NCBI RefSeq assembly: GCF_006345805.1
Contig: NC_043000.1
Span: forward strand, 2,232,001-2,296,000
From: Octopus sinensis
Taxonomy: Eukaryota
DNA: 64,000 nt
Reading direction: 5' to 3'
The notes beneath the pieces are model-generated. The model was given only the letters and a program-made list of their open reading frames with translations. It did not search any database and was not told the DNA's origin. Shown in pieces: positions 23,147 to 35,210 of the stretch. The translations under genes were made by a program, and so were the position numbers. Numbering within the stretch: the first letter of the stretch is position 1; each line of letters begins with the position of its first letter.

Positions 23147-23196
23147 AATTAAAACCATTCATTGTAATTTCATGTTAATTTATGTTTGAAATACCC

Positions 23197-23402
23197 AGGT
23201 GACGAACTGGTGGAATTGTTAACATGCTGGGTAATATGCTTTAGGGTACTTCACCTGTCTTAACACTCTGGGTTCAAATTCTGCTGAGGCTGATTTTGCC
23301 TTTCATCCTTTTGGGGTCAATAAAATGAGCACCAGTCAAACACTGGAGATGATGTAATTGACTTACTCCTCCCCTAAATTTCTCGGCCTTGTGCCAAAAT
23401 TT
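23197..23402 (+). mobile_element. Old SINE family B
   Basis: GGGTTCAAATTCTGCTGAGGCTGATTTTGCCTTTCATCCTTTTGGGGTC. Confidence 0.7.
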
Positions 23403-24214
23403 GAAATTAATTTATGTTTCATATACTTGCTTAATAAGGACAAAGTTATTTTACTGCATTCTTCATTCATTATCTTTAAAATTAATTGAGTCAAAATTAG
23501 CACATTTCAATAGAAATTTGGTAACAAAAGTTATAATTTTACAGACTATTAACCTCATCTTTGAAATATATAATGTATCTGATGATGATGATGATGGTGA
23601 CTTAGAATATGTCATAAAAATTTAGAAATTTTGAGGGAATGTGAAATGGTTCTTTTTTTAACTGTGGAACTCAAAGTAGGTAAAGTTATGAATAATATTG
23701 GGCTAAAAATCTTTAGGATAGAAAAAGTTGAAGGTTGCCTGTGGGACATGAACCCACATCTTCTATAAACATGATAAACCACAGGCAGCCTTTGAATTTT
23801 TTGTTTGAAGGGTTTTTACCCAATATTTACTTGCTGTAATTTAAAGCTTTATCTACTTCGAGTTTCACAGTTAAAAATGAGTTATATTTAGTAAGATTCT
23901 TCTGAGTTCAAATCCTGCTACGGTTGACTTTGCATTTCATTCTTCTGAGTTTCATGAAATCAGTACCAGTTGCGTATTGGCTCATCTGACTGAATCCGTT
24001 ATATCCATCCATTTCAACAAATTTTAGTCCTTGGCTTTAAGTTAGAAACCAGTATATATATCTACACCACTTTACAGTCGGTTTGTTTACCAAGCCTTAT
24101 TCCTGATATGTACATGGTTCCAGACTAGATTTAAACTAGGAAATAAGAATAAAAACCCTTGATAATCTCAGTGACAGAGCTGATCAAAATGTAGTTTAGA
24201 AATAAATACTTTAA

Positions 24215-24433
24215 CCCTTTAGTATTTAAACCGGCCATATCTGGCCAAAACAGCTAATCTGTTTTATGTTCAAACTGACCAGATCCAGGCTCTCACACCT
24301 ACCCTACAATGTTATTCTACATTAAATAATTACACCATCAAGATCTTGAAGATATGAGATAATGCATGATTAATTCAAATCAATGGGAATCAATAGGCAT
24401 TATGTTTGATTGAATAATCTGAACACTAAAGGG
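24215..24433. mobile_element. piggyBac-type MITE (same family as 11208, reverse orientation)
   Basis: TTAA-CCCTTTAGT...ACTAAAGGG-TTAA. Confidence 0.82.
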
Positions 24434-24512
24434 TTAAATAGATGAGTTAGATATTCAAGATGAAAATAATTTTCATGATTTCAAATGTAGTCTATAAGGC
24501 CAAATATTGGAA

Positions 24513-24703
24513 CCCTTTTGATACAATTCTGTCTGAGATATGATCCAAATTTTCTGTTTTAAAGGGATCTAAATTATAACCTTCCATCACAATTTCATGT
24601 TCATTTGTTTCAAACACCAATTTAGTAATGACAAATTTATTTTACTAAATTCTTCCTTATTTTCAATATCAATTAAAATTATTCAAATATAGTAGCAAAA
24701 GGA
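24513..24703. mobile_element. piggyBac-type MITE, third family, degenerate
   Basis: CCCTTTTGATAC...GTAGCAAAAGGA-TTAA. Confidence 0.5.
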
Positions 24704-24707
24704 TTAA

Positions 24708-24929
24708 CCCTTTCATTACTGTATTTCTGCTGAGATGCTCTGTGTTTCTTTCAATTACTTTAAATATAATAAAAGAATTTAGTAAAATAACTTAGTTATC
24801 ATTAAGCTAGTGCTAGAAACATAAATTGTGATTAAAGTCTGGTGGAAGGTTTTTATTCAAAACTTGTGAAAACAAGACATTTGTACTGAAGAACCAGAGC
24901 CAGTTTCAGCTGGGTTGGTAACGAAAGGG
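24708..24929. mobile_element. piggyBac-type MITE, second family
   Basis: TTAA-CCCTTTCATTAC...GTAACGAAAGGG-TTAA; reverse copy of 56097-56316. Confidence 0.82.
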
Positions 24930-25811
24930 TTAAGGATGGGTTATAATTTATTGTGACAACCCAGTACTTTGTTGTACTTTACTGACACTTATTAACACTT
25001 GTGGGGGGTTGAATTCAGGACGTAATGACTTGTAACTAAATATTGCAAGGCATTTTGTTTGACGCTGCATCAATACAGTTATCTAACAACCCCACAGAAA
25101 ATTATAATTTTAATGATAATGACTTTATGTATTTAGGGACTTTATTGCACTGGGTTCTGATGAAATAGATCACTGGAAGTCATTTTCTCTTGTTTTACTT
25201 TGCAGTAAATGAATAATGAAGATAATGAAAGGTAAAAATAACAGAAGAAATATGGTGTATCAGATAACTATCTTGAAGCAAATACACTGTTGGACCACTG
25301 CTACAATATTTACTCTATGTTGTCTACTGAGACATATATTAGAACCTTTATAGCTAAATCTCTATAGTCTTGGTAACTATATGCTACTATATTTAGGGAA
25401 ATTGGTTGAAAAATTTTTTAAGGAACATCTTACTGTCCAACACTGTTCTCTCTGAGCTATGTGCATGTACACACATTTTTGGCAACCGGTGGACTAAAAA
25501 ATTGACATGTACATGAAAAATTTGTTGTCTAAAATAATATCAACTACTTGAGCTTGCTAAGATTGGCCTGACTCATTCATGCTATCCATTCTGATCCTGC
25601 ATAATTTTTAAGTCAGCAAGGCACCATCGTATGTCCATACAGAGCCAGTTGATGAATGTTTTTGCTTGACAGGTAATTCATGAATATTTCTGTCAGGATG
25701 TTTTTCAGAGTGTAATGATGAGTTCTTGCTTAGTTCTCCAGCAATGCCTTGCAAAACCTATCCCTCTCCATGTCATCAGTGATTGTAAGAAAACTGGCAT
25801 GTAGTTTCTTA

Positions 25812-26017
25812 TTTCTTTATTGCCCGCAAGGGGCTAAACATAGAGGGGACAAACAAGGACCGACAAAGGGATTAAGTTGATTAGATTCACCCCAGTGCGT
25901 AACTGGTACTTAATTTATCGACCCTGAAAGGATGAAAGGCAAAGTCAACCTCGGCAGAATTTGAACTCAGAACGTAATAGCAGTCGAAATACCACTAAGC
26001 ATTTCGCTCGCCGCCTA
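25812..26017 (-). mobile_element. SINE family B
   Basis: Body and tail homology. Confidence 0.85.
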
Positions 26018-26523
26018 AAATTGGTACTACATAAGATTTTTGCAATAATTGGCTATCATCATCATCATCATCATGTGAGTAGACTTGGTAGATGGAAACT
26101 GAAAGAAGCCCGTCTTATATATATATATAATTTTTTTTCCCCTTCCTCCCTTATTTTTCTTTTCCCTTTTCTCTTTTTGTCTCTCTTCCCTTCTCCAAAC
26201 ACACAGAGACACACACACACGCACACACACACACATAAACACACACACACAAACACACACGGACACACAGACACACATACACACCTCCACAAAACGATCA
26301 TAAAAAGTGGAAAGAGTTCTTAGACCCCAAACGGCATTTGACCATCCTCAAAATGATAAAAGGTGTAATTTATGGCCTGTCTACCCACCAACACACACTC
26401 AGTGACACTGAAGTGGTCAAAGCTGAAATTCTTAGAAACCCCTTGGAGTCCAGCAGACCAAAGGAAATCCTTCTTCTTCCCTCTCCCTTCCCCTCTTTCT
26501 CTTTAGCCTCAGATACAAACGCA

Positions 26524-26563
<40 letters not shown>

Positions 26564-26854
26564 TACACACATGTTCTCTCACTCACTTCCTCCTCATCCA
26601 CTTCACCCTCTTGTGCTGTCTTGTTCCTCCCCACCACTACGAAACTCTATAAAATGATTAAAATTCCCCACAAAGGAATTATTTTGATTTGAAAACCCCA
26701 CTAGAATGGGAGAAAGCACTAATGATCTAAATGATATGATCTGAATGATATGATATATATATGTAAAAAATGTAATATATAAATAAATATCTGTAAATAT
26801 AAACCATCCGATCTTCTGATTACCTCATTTCTTCTAATATATATATATATGTAT

Positions 26855-27078
26855 GTGTGTGTGTGTGTGTATATGTTTCTGTGTCTGTGTTTGTCCCCCC
26901 AACATCGCTTGACAACCGATGCTGGTGTGTTTACATCCCCGTAACTTAGCAGTTCGGCAAAAGAGACCGATAGAATAAGTACTGGGCTTACAAAGAATAA
27001 GTTCTGGGGTTGATTTGCTCGACTAAAGGTGGTGCTCCAGCATGGCCACAGTCAAATGACTGAAACAAGTAAAAGAGA
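26855..27078 (+). mobile_element. SINE family A, 3' half
   Basis: GTTTGTCCCCCCAACATCGC...GAAACAAGTAAAAGAG. Confidence 0.85.
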
Positions 27079-27102
27079 GTATATAAATACGCACCAGATA
27101 TG

Positions 27103-27136
<34 letters not shown>

Positions 27137-27372
27137 TGTGCTCACACACATACACAGTCTTCCACATAGTTTCTAGATTCAGTCTACTGAATACACTCAC
27201 AAGGCATTGGTCACCCTGAGGCAATAGTGGAAGATACCTGCCCAAGGTGCTAAGCTGTGGGACTGAACCTGAAACTATGTGGTTGCAAAATGAGTATCTT
27301 AACCATATAGCCATGCCAGCACCTCGTAGATTTTGAGTTCAATCCCAGTTGTGCACTTAATTCAGATTGTGA

Positions 27373-27690
27373 AGGCATGTGGCTTAGTGGTTAGAGTATT
27401 CAGCTTATGATCATAAGGTCATGAGTTCAATTCCAGGTGGCTCATTGTGTCCTTTAGCAAGACATTTTATTTCACGTCGCTCCAATCCACTCAGCTGGCA
27501 AAAGTGAGTTTTTTCCTCATAATTGAAAGGGCTAGCCTTGTCACACTCTGTGTCATGCTGAAATTCTCTGAGAACTACACAAAGGGTAAATGTGTCTGTG
27601 GAGTACTCAGCCACTTGCACATTAATTTCATGAGCAGGTTGTTCTGTTGGTCTGATCAACTGGAATCCTTATTGTCATAACCGACAAAGA
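27373..27690 (+). mobile_element. Old SINE with a D-type head and a C-type tail
   Basis: Head GAAGGCATGTGGCTTAGTGGTTAGAG...AGCAAGACATTTTATTTCACG; tail CCTTGTCACACTCTGTGTCATGCTG... as at 57130-57290. Confidence 0.65.
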
Positions 27691-27904
27691 AACAGTTTTT
27701 TTCTTTTAATTTAGACTAATCCTGTATGCCTAAACCATTGTGACAATCATTGAAGTACCAAAGTGTCTGTGGTATTTTAGTTATGGCTCTTTACCTTTCG
27801 ATCTGAAGTGCTTATGTGGTCATCCTTCATGAATCAATAAAATAAAGGAGACCCCCCCCCACTTCAGTTATGAATGACCATGAGATTGCACCTTGAAAGT
27901 TTCA

Positions 27905-28133
27905 TACTTCTTTACTACCCACCAGGGGATCAACACGGAGAGGACAAACAAGGACAGACAAATGGATTAAGTCAATTATATTGACCCCAGTGTGTAACTG
28001 GTACTTAATTTATCGACCCCGAAAGGATGAAAGGCAAAGTTGACCTCGGCGGAATTTGAACTCAGAACGTAACGGCAGACAAAATACAGCTACGCATTTC
28101 GCCCGGCGTGCTAACATTTCTGCCAGCTCGTCT
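27905..28133 (-). mobile_element. SINE family B
   Basis: Body homology. Confidence 0.85.
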
Positions 28134-28344
28134 TTTGAGTCACAAGTCTGGGCAAGGTTGTTTATGGAAGACCAGCAGTGGCCCATGCATACCAGCCTCT
28201 TATCTCCACACCACTGATGTTATCCAAGAGAAAGGCAAAGGGGCTGATATAGCTTTGGCACCAGTGACGTTGCAACTCATTTCTATACCTAAGTGAACTG
28301 GAGTAATGTGAAACAAAGTGTCTTGCTCAAGAACATAACATACA

Positions 28345-28760
28345 GTGCAGGAGTGGCTGTGTGGTAAGTAGCTTGCTTACCAACCACATGGTTCCGGGTT
28401 CAGTCCCACTGCGTGGCATCTTGGGCAAGTGTCTTTCACTATAGCCCCGGGCCGACCAAAGCCTTGTGAGTGGATTTGGTAGACGGAAACTGAAAGAAGC
28501 CCGTCGTATATATGTATATATATATATGTGTGCATGTATGTTTGTGTGTCTGTGTTTGTCCCCCTAGCATTGCTTGACAGCCGATGCTGGTGTGTTTATG
28601 TCCCCGTCACTTAGCGGTTCGGCAAAAGAGACCAATAGAATAAGTACTGGGCTTACAAAGAATAAGTCCCGGGGTCGAGTTGCTCGACTAAAGGCGGTGC
28701 TCCAGCATGGCCGCAGTCAACTGACTGAAACAAGTAAAAGAGTAGAGTAAAAGAGAGAGC
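28345..28760 (+). mobile_element. SINE family A, young full-length copy
   Basis: GCAGGAGTGGCTGTGTGGTAAG head, box-B-like GGTTCAGTCC, CORE-like CTTGGGCAAGT, GAGTAAAA tail. Confidence 0.92.
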
Positions 28761-29309
28761 CTGGTCTGAAAAACCAACCCACTGCCTCATGATCATGAGC
28801 CTGACACTCTAACCACTGAGCTATGTGCCTTCCCCAATAAAATAAAGTATCAGGTAAATACTAGTGTCAGTTTAGTATGCTTATAAAATCTCCTAGATGA
28901 GAGTGAAATTATAATGGTTTCAAGTTCTAACATGAGCTCCAGCAGTTTTTGAGGGGATGGGCAAGTTGATTGCATCAACCCCAATACTTGACTGTTACTT
29001 ATTTTATCAACCCTGAAAGAAGGAAAGGCAAAGTCTTTCTTTTTTTTTTTTTTTTGAGCTCAGAACACGAAGATGAATGAAATGCCATAAAGCATTTTGT
29101 CTGCATGCTGTTGGTTCTGCCAGTTCACAGACTGAAATTATAATAGAAGACTAAGGCCTATCAATTTAAGAAATTAGTAACAGATCATTATACTTCTCTG
29201 GCTTTTTATTGTGATGGACATTAATCTCTCACACAATCAACACCATCGGGCTGGAACCAAGAATCAATTCTGAAGTGCTATTTGATGTCCTGAAAGATGT
29301 TTGCATTTA

Positions 29310-29704
29310 TCTCTCTCTCTATATAAAGCTGAAATTGTCTGTGTATGGCAGGTTTGGTAGCCTTCAACTAAAACTATATCCTCCGAGACCCTGCGGCGCA
29401 AGTTGACCAAAATTGAGAGTATGATAGAAGAAGGCTTGCTCTTCCTTCCGTAGCAGATAAAATTCAAATCGGACCATGTTAACACAAAAAATTATTTACA
29501 TCAAAAAGGTGATTTTTTTTCTATGAAAATCCCTATTATTTACCATTTTTTGACTGCTGTGTCGCCATTTTTCGGTGTATTTCAACCAGAAAAATGTTCA
29601 CTTAAAGAGAATAACAAGCTACATAATGCAAAATTTTTACTTTTCAAAAGTTCCAATTCTAAAGGGTCGAAATAAACCCGAGCAATGCCGGGCGATACTG
29701 CTAG
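29310..29704 (+). mobile_element. Non-autonomous Helitron
   Basis: A|TC...CTAG|T; hairpin CCCGAGCAATGCCGGG shortly before CTAG. Confidence 0.82.
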
Positions 29705-29960
29705 TATATATATAATTCTCACAGATATTGGATAGAGTTCTCTTCTACAGCCAAAGATGCTTTTCTGCACGTGTAAATTTCTTACACCTGAAAATATCTT
29801 GTATCTCTATAAGACTATCCTTCAACTTTGCATTGAACAATGCTGTCATTTTTGGTACAGTATTTCCTCTGAGTGTCTTAATTCATTTGATCAAATTCAG
29901 AACTGAGTTATTAACACGGCAAGTCCTCAACTTTCTACTATACTGGAATCTTTGGCTCAT

Positions 29961-30193
29961 AAGGCTGTGAGCTGGCAGAAGCGTTAGTGCGCCGGGCGAA
30001 ATGCTTAGCGGTATTTCGTCTGTCGTTACGTTCTGAGTTCAAATTCCGCAGAGGTCGACTTTGCCTTTCATCTTTTCGGGGTCGATAAATAAAGTACCAG
30101 TTTCGCACTGGGGTCGATGTAACTGGCTTAATCCCTTTGTCTGTCCCTGTTTGTCCCCTCTATGTTTAGCCCCTTGTGGGCAGTAAAGAAATG
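29961..30193 (+). mobile_element. SINE family B, full length with a 22-bp TSD
   Basis: TATA(C/T)TGGAATCTTTG..TCAT at 29939-29960 and 30194-30215. Confidence 0.9.
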
Positions 30194-31324
30194 TATATTG
30201 GAATCTTTGCTTCATCATTGAAATGTATCTTTGTTGTGTCTTCCATGGTCATTGCTCTAATAAACATTCTGGTCTCATACTCTCTTTAAATGTACCATCC
30301 ATTTCTTTTCCCAGGTTCATCATTTTTCTGTAGAACTTAGTCTTTAGTCCTTTTATTCTAATAACTTCCTTCCTTGAACTGCTGCTTTATGGAACTAATT
30401 ACTATCATCTTGTTTATCTTTGAACTATTCACTCCATCAAGCTTTCTGTCAATCAACATTTTTGAATTTGTAGGCCATTTCCTTTCTTTCTTTGTAGTTC
30501 CTTACAACGCAGTGACCTCAAGCCTTGTCTAAGACAAAATCATATTAAAAAATTGTGGTTTTAACATTATAAGGTGGCCATTGTTGTTGTTTAGCTTCAT
30601 GATATCCCTGTGATCAAAGATGTTCCATTGATAACAATTCCATCTTTTATTCAAACACAGTATACATGATTTAATATCTTCTTCTTATAAATGTATATAT
30701 ATATTTTCTTTTTGAAAATATATATATATGATAAAATGAGATTTGAGGAATCTCTCGCTATTTCTAGCTGGTTATATAACTGTATTGAATAATCACCTAG
30801 AGGCTTTCTCAATGGCATCACAATGAGCTTGCTGTTTGGAAATGGTAAGATAGGTCATGTATTTTTATAGTAGATTAATATTCCTCACGGCTGCTACAAC
30901 ACTTACCAAACTTACTATTCTAGCTACTAATTAATTCATTGATTAACTTATATGGAGGCTTTGTGTCTGGAAATTCCATAAGAGAACAACAATATCATTG
31001 TAGTTTGATGTTGATCATTTCCTGGAGTGCAGGTGAGAAAGAAACAAGACCTTTCTTATAGAGGCAGGTTTTCACTTTGAGACTCAAATTTCTCTCTGGT
31101 GCTCTCGTATGGAATGGTAATAGCTTGTCAGGGGTGTAGGGTAGATTTCATAATACAGGAGAGAATGGGGGAGGAAGGGGTAAATGTGGGGAGGTTGGAG
31201 GAGGGGGTTTCGACTAGAATGAACACAAGCAATACAGGATTAACCATTCTTTTAGTCTTATCTAAATATAAGAATTGGAGAGAAGAGAAAATTATTTTTC
31301 TCTCAGTGTCATAAACTTTCACAG

Positions 31325-31369
<45 letters not shown>

Positions 31370-31506
31370 AGGCATGTGTATGTGCATGTATGTAAACATT
31401 TAAATATATGTGTATAGAAATGTGTATGGTTGTATATATATTTACAAATCTAATCATATGTATATATGTGTCTATAAAATACCTATAAATACACAAACTT
31501 CTCAGA

Positions 31507-31545
<39 letters not shown>

Positions 31546-31695
31546 CATATATAATGCTTATCTATGTCTGTCTGTCTGCCAGTCTCTGTGTGAGTGTGTG
31601 TGTGTGTGTATGTATGTGTGTATGTATATTTCAAGTGATGCGTACACACACACACACACTCTCTCTTATATATATATGTGGGTGTGTATATTTTA
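31325..31695. repeat. TA/TG microsatellite cluster
   Basis: Direct reading. Confidence 0.85.
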
Positions 31696-32731
31696 AGTAG
31701 TGCCTGTATTGTTGATATATTATGGCTTGCCGTTCTCAACTATGGCAGCAGTAATGGCGCCAGAATAATCAATAATGTTCCAATAATGGTAGGTTAAGGC
31801 AGAAATAACATAGGAACCGAGCAGCAGAAAATCAGGGAGGGCGAGGGTGGAACGCAATCCAAAAAAATAAATAAATAAATAAGCATGTAAAAAAAAAAAG
31901 AACAAAGACAAAAACACTGCCGATAAAACAAGCTACATAAGTTGAAATCTTTGAGGAGCTGATGGAAAGAATCTGGGAAGTAAAAGACAGAAAGAAAGAG
32001 TAGGAATGAAATATGGCAGGGATGTTGTGAGGTGGTGGCGGCGGTGGTGGTGGTGGTGGTGGTGAGATGCGGCGGCGGCGGCAGTGGAAGAATGTTTCCT
32101 TTTGCAACATCTTGAATAATTCCAAGACAGGTTGGAATGCATGGGAACTTGTTGAGCTCGGCTTGTTTGAATGAAGATCTGGGAGAAAGCAATTTTCCTA
32201 CCGATTGTTTGCCGAACGAAGAGGAATCTGTGTGACAAGAATATCGGTTTTGTTTTTCTTCTTCATTCTTCTGACATATTTTCCTCCTTCAGGCGGTGAT
32301 AATGGTCCTCCACAGTTGCTAGAGATGTTCCATGTTCTGTGATGATGAAAACTGCGGTGGAGATGGTGTGGCGGTGGAGATAGTGGTGGAGGTGGTAGAG
32401 ATAGTGAATATGTCTTCTCTTTAATATTTACTCGGCAATACAGACGTACAATGTCATTTCCAGGGATTCATTGAAACATGGCGTTGACTTAATTAGTTTT
32501 CATTCACTTCTTTTAATCCATTATTCTTTCATGTTTTTTTCTTCTCAAGTATTGTTTTTGCCAATGTTTCATCCTTTCCCCATTGGCACTTTGCACTCCT
32601 TTACACTTCCATTTCTTCACAGCTTTACACCTTAAACAGCTTCAAATTTTGATAGTTCATCCCTTCATAACTTCTTTCTATAACATCTCTACTGTTTCCC
32701 AAAACTTACCCTTCACAACTTCCTTCCTTCT

Positions 32732-32904
32732 ACAGTTCTATATTTAAGAGATGAGGAATTATGTACAGTATTTACATTAGACGGATATTTGTCCTCATCT
32801 TGTTTGTTGTTAACACAACATTTTGATTGATATACCCTCCAGCCTTCTTCAGGTGTCTTGAGGAAATTTCAAACCTGGGTTCTCATTCCTAAGGTATTCT
32901 TTGA

Positions 32905-32938
<34 letters not shown>

Positions 32939-33016
32939 GTTCAGGTTACTGCTTGGAATTGAACTTGGAATCTTGGGGTTAGTAGTCTGTGCTCTTAACC
33001 ACTATGCCATATGCCC
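32732..33016 (-). mobile_element. tRNA-headed SINE-like element with (AAT)n and a decayed hammerhead fold
   Basis: Box A TGGCATAGTGG, box B GTTCAATTCC, (AAT)n, ACAC-CTGAAGA...GTGT; TSD TTCCTTCT at 32724-32731 and 33017-33024. Confidence 0.75.
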
Positions 33017-33536
33017 TTCCTTCTCTCAACTCGGCTTCCCTTCTTCACATTTACACTCCTTCACATCTTTTGCTTGTTTCAGTCATTAGACTGTGGCCAT
33101 GCTGGGGCACCACCTTGAAGGACTTTTAGTCGAATTAATTGATCCCTGTACTTATTTCTTAAATTTTGATACTTATTCTGTTAGTCTCTTTTAACAAACC
33201 ACTAAGTTACAGGGATGTAAACATACAAACACTGATTGTTAAGCAGTGGTGGGAGGGGACATGGACACACACACTCACACATGCATGCATGCACGCTCAC
33301 ACACACACAACAGACATCTATACCTTGTACAAATGTTAAAATTTTTATAATAGGTGCAAGTGTGGCTCTATGGTGAACAGTTTGCTTCTCAACCACATGG
33401 TTCTGGGTTCAGTTCCACTGCATGCCACCTTAGGTAAGTGTTTTCTACTATTGCCTCAGGCTGACCACAGCCTTGTGAGTGGACTTGGCACATGGAAACT
33501 GAAAGAAGCCTGTCGTGTACATATATATACACACAT

Positions 33537-33756
33537 ACTCTTTTACTCGTTTAAGTCATTTGACTGCGGCCATGCTGGAGCACCGCCTTTAATCGAGCAA
33601 CTCGACCCCTGGACTTATTCTTTTGTAAGCCCAGTACTTATTCTATCGGTCTCTTTTGCCGAACCGCTAAGTAACGGGGACATAAACACACCAGCATCGG
33701 TTGTCAAGCAATGCTAGGGGACAAACACAGACACACAAACACACACACGCATATAT

Positions 33757-33813
<57 letters not shown>

Positions 33814-34432
33814 ATGAGGGTGTCTAAAAGACACCAACATGCCGAAATAGCAGTCGAAACTCTGACTATAAAACCACGTTAAATGTTGATATCGCACCAT
33901 GAGGTAAAGCGGAGGGACAAAACATACTAGCAAAAATTATTGAATAATTCAAGATCCAAGGATTTCTGGTTCTGCTTTAGATAAGCTTTACCATCATCAA
34001 TTGAATATATCAAGGGTACATAAATACAGATATATATATGCACAGCAAACGATATACTTACATATACGAGCGTTGTACATACATACATATGCACGTATGG
34101 ACACAGCCAGTTTGAATCGCCCGCCAAATTACCGCATAAGTACGATATGGTTAAAATAAGCACCGCAGTGAATATAATAACGAATTATATAAATTTATAT
34201 ATGAGGATAATATCGATATTTAAGTGTCGAAATTATCAAGTGGCCATATATATATATATACACATATATACGACGGGCTTCTTTCAGTTTCCATCTACCA
34301 AATCCACTCACAAGGCTTTGGTCGGCCCGAGGCTATAGTAGAAGACACTTGTCCAAGGTGCCACGCAGTGGGACTGAGCCCGGAACCATGTGGTTGGTAA
34401 ACAAGCTACTTACCACACAGCCACTCCTGCGC
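33537..34432 (-). mobile_element. SINE family A with a ~440-bp insert in its internal (TA)n
   Basis: Tail half 33537-33750 and head half 34260-34432 are collinear around unrelated CpG-rich sequence. Confidence 0.85.
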
Positions 34433-34754
34433 CTAAATAAATTGCGAGCTCACCAGGATGTAAAAGACTTTTTCATTTTCCCCGAGCATCAAACTAGTAC
34501 ACCTGCCTGTTGTTCATACACCTGTCTTCGTCTTTTGTTTTTCTATAAATTTCAGCTATATATATACATATGAGAAGAAAAAGGGACTAAAAAAGGTAGA
34601 TATCAATAAAGCACTTGGTTTTAAAGAAATTTGGTTAACTTTATCCAACAATTAGTAAATGTAAGTAGAATACAACATCTGAGGTAATTCCTCATGGAAG
34701 AGAATTAGATCCAAATATCGTTTAGAAAAATTTCAAGAAATTCAGAGTATTAAG

Positions 34755-34984
34755 CAACAAAAATATGTATAGAGAAAATCACATCTTTAATAGTAGACTT
34801 CCCCTAATAAAGCTGACAATTGTTTCTGTTGAATTAACATATTTAGATATATGAAATATCATTGAAATAGTTTATTACTAAAATACGTATTTCTAAGTAC
34901 ATTAATTCAACAGAAATAATTGTCGGCTTTATTCGGGGAACTCTGCTATTAAAGATGTGATTTTCTCTACTTGTATTTTTGTTG
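34755..34984. mobile_element. Fold-back/MITE-like element with ~90-bp imperfect inverted arms
   Basis: TAGAGAAAATCACATCTTTAATAG...TTCTGTTGAATTAA mirrored; short AT-rich spacer. Confidence 0.7.
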
Positions 34985-35000
34985 TTATATATGTATATGT

Positions 35001-35210
35001 GAAGGCGCATGGCTCAGTAGTTAGGGCATTGAGCTTACAATCGTGAGGTTGTGAGTTCGAATCCCGGACCGGGCTGCGTATTGTGTTCTTGAGCAAGACA
35101 CTTTATCTCACGTTGCTCCATTTCACTCAGCTGTAGAAATGAGTTGCAACATCACTGGTGGCGTGAAGAGGGGAAGCCGGTATGCATGGGCGACTGCTGG
35201 TCTTCCATAA
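35001..35210 (+). mobile_element. SINE family D (internal deletion, 3' truncated)
   Basis: GAAGGCGCATGGCTCAGTAGTTAGG, GAGTTCGAATCC box B. Confidence 0.85.

Larger units (their letters stand above)
22845..23530. mobile_element. Old piggyBac-type MITE-like element with nested insertions
   Basis: TTAACTCTTTTGAT start and GGTAACAAAAG end; body similar to 24513-24703. Confidence 0.45.
27848..28835 (-). mobile_element. SINE family D split by a B and an A insertion
   Basis: D segments at about 27848-27903, 28134-28344 and 28763-28835 are collinear. Confidence 0.7.

Noticed and set aside
30215-30520. Possible very old LINE fragment
   Set aside because: Only a faint W..HL.R resemblance; not enough for a call.
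31794-32238. Overlapping minus-strand ORFs with poly-P/T/H/A
   Set aside because: They derive from one trinucleotide tract read in three frames; no recognisable protein.
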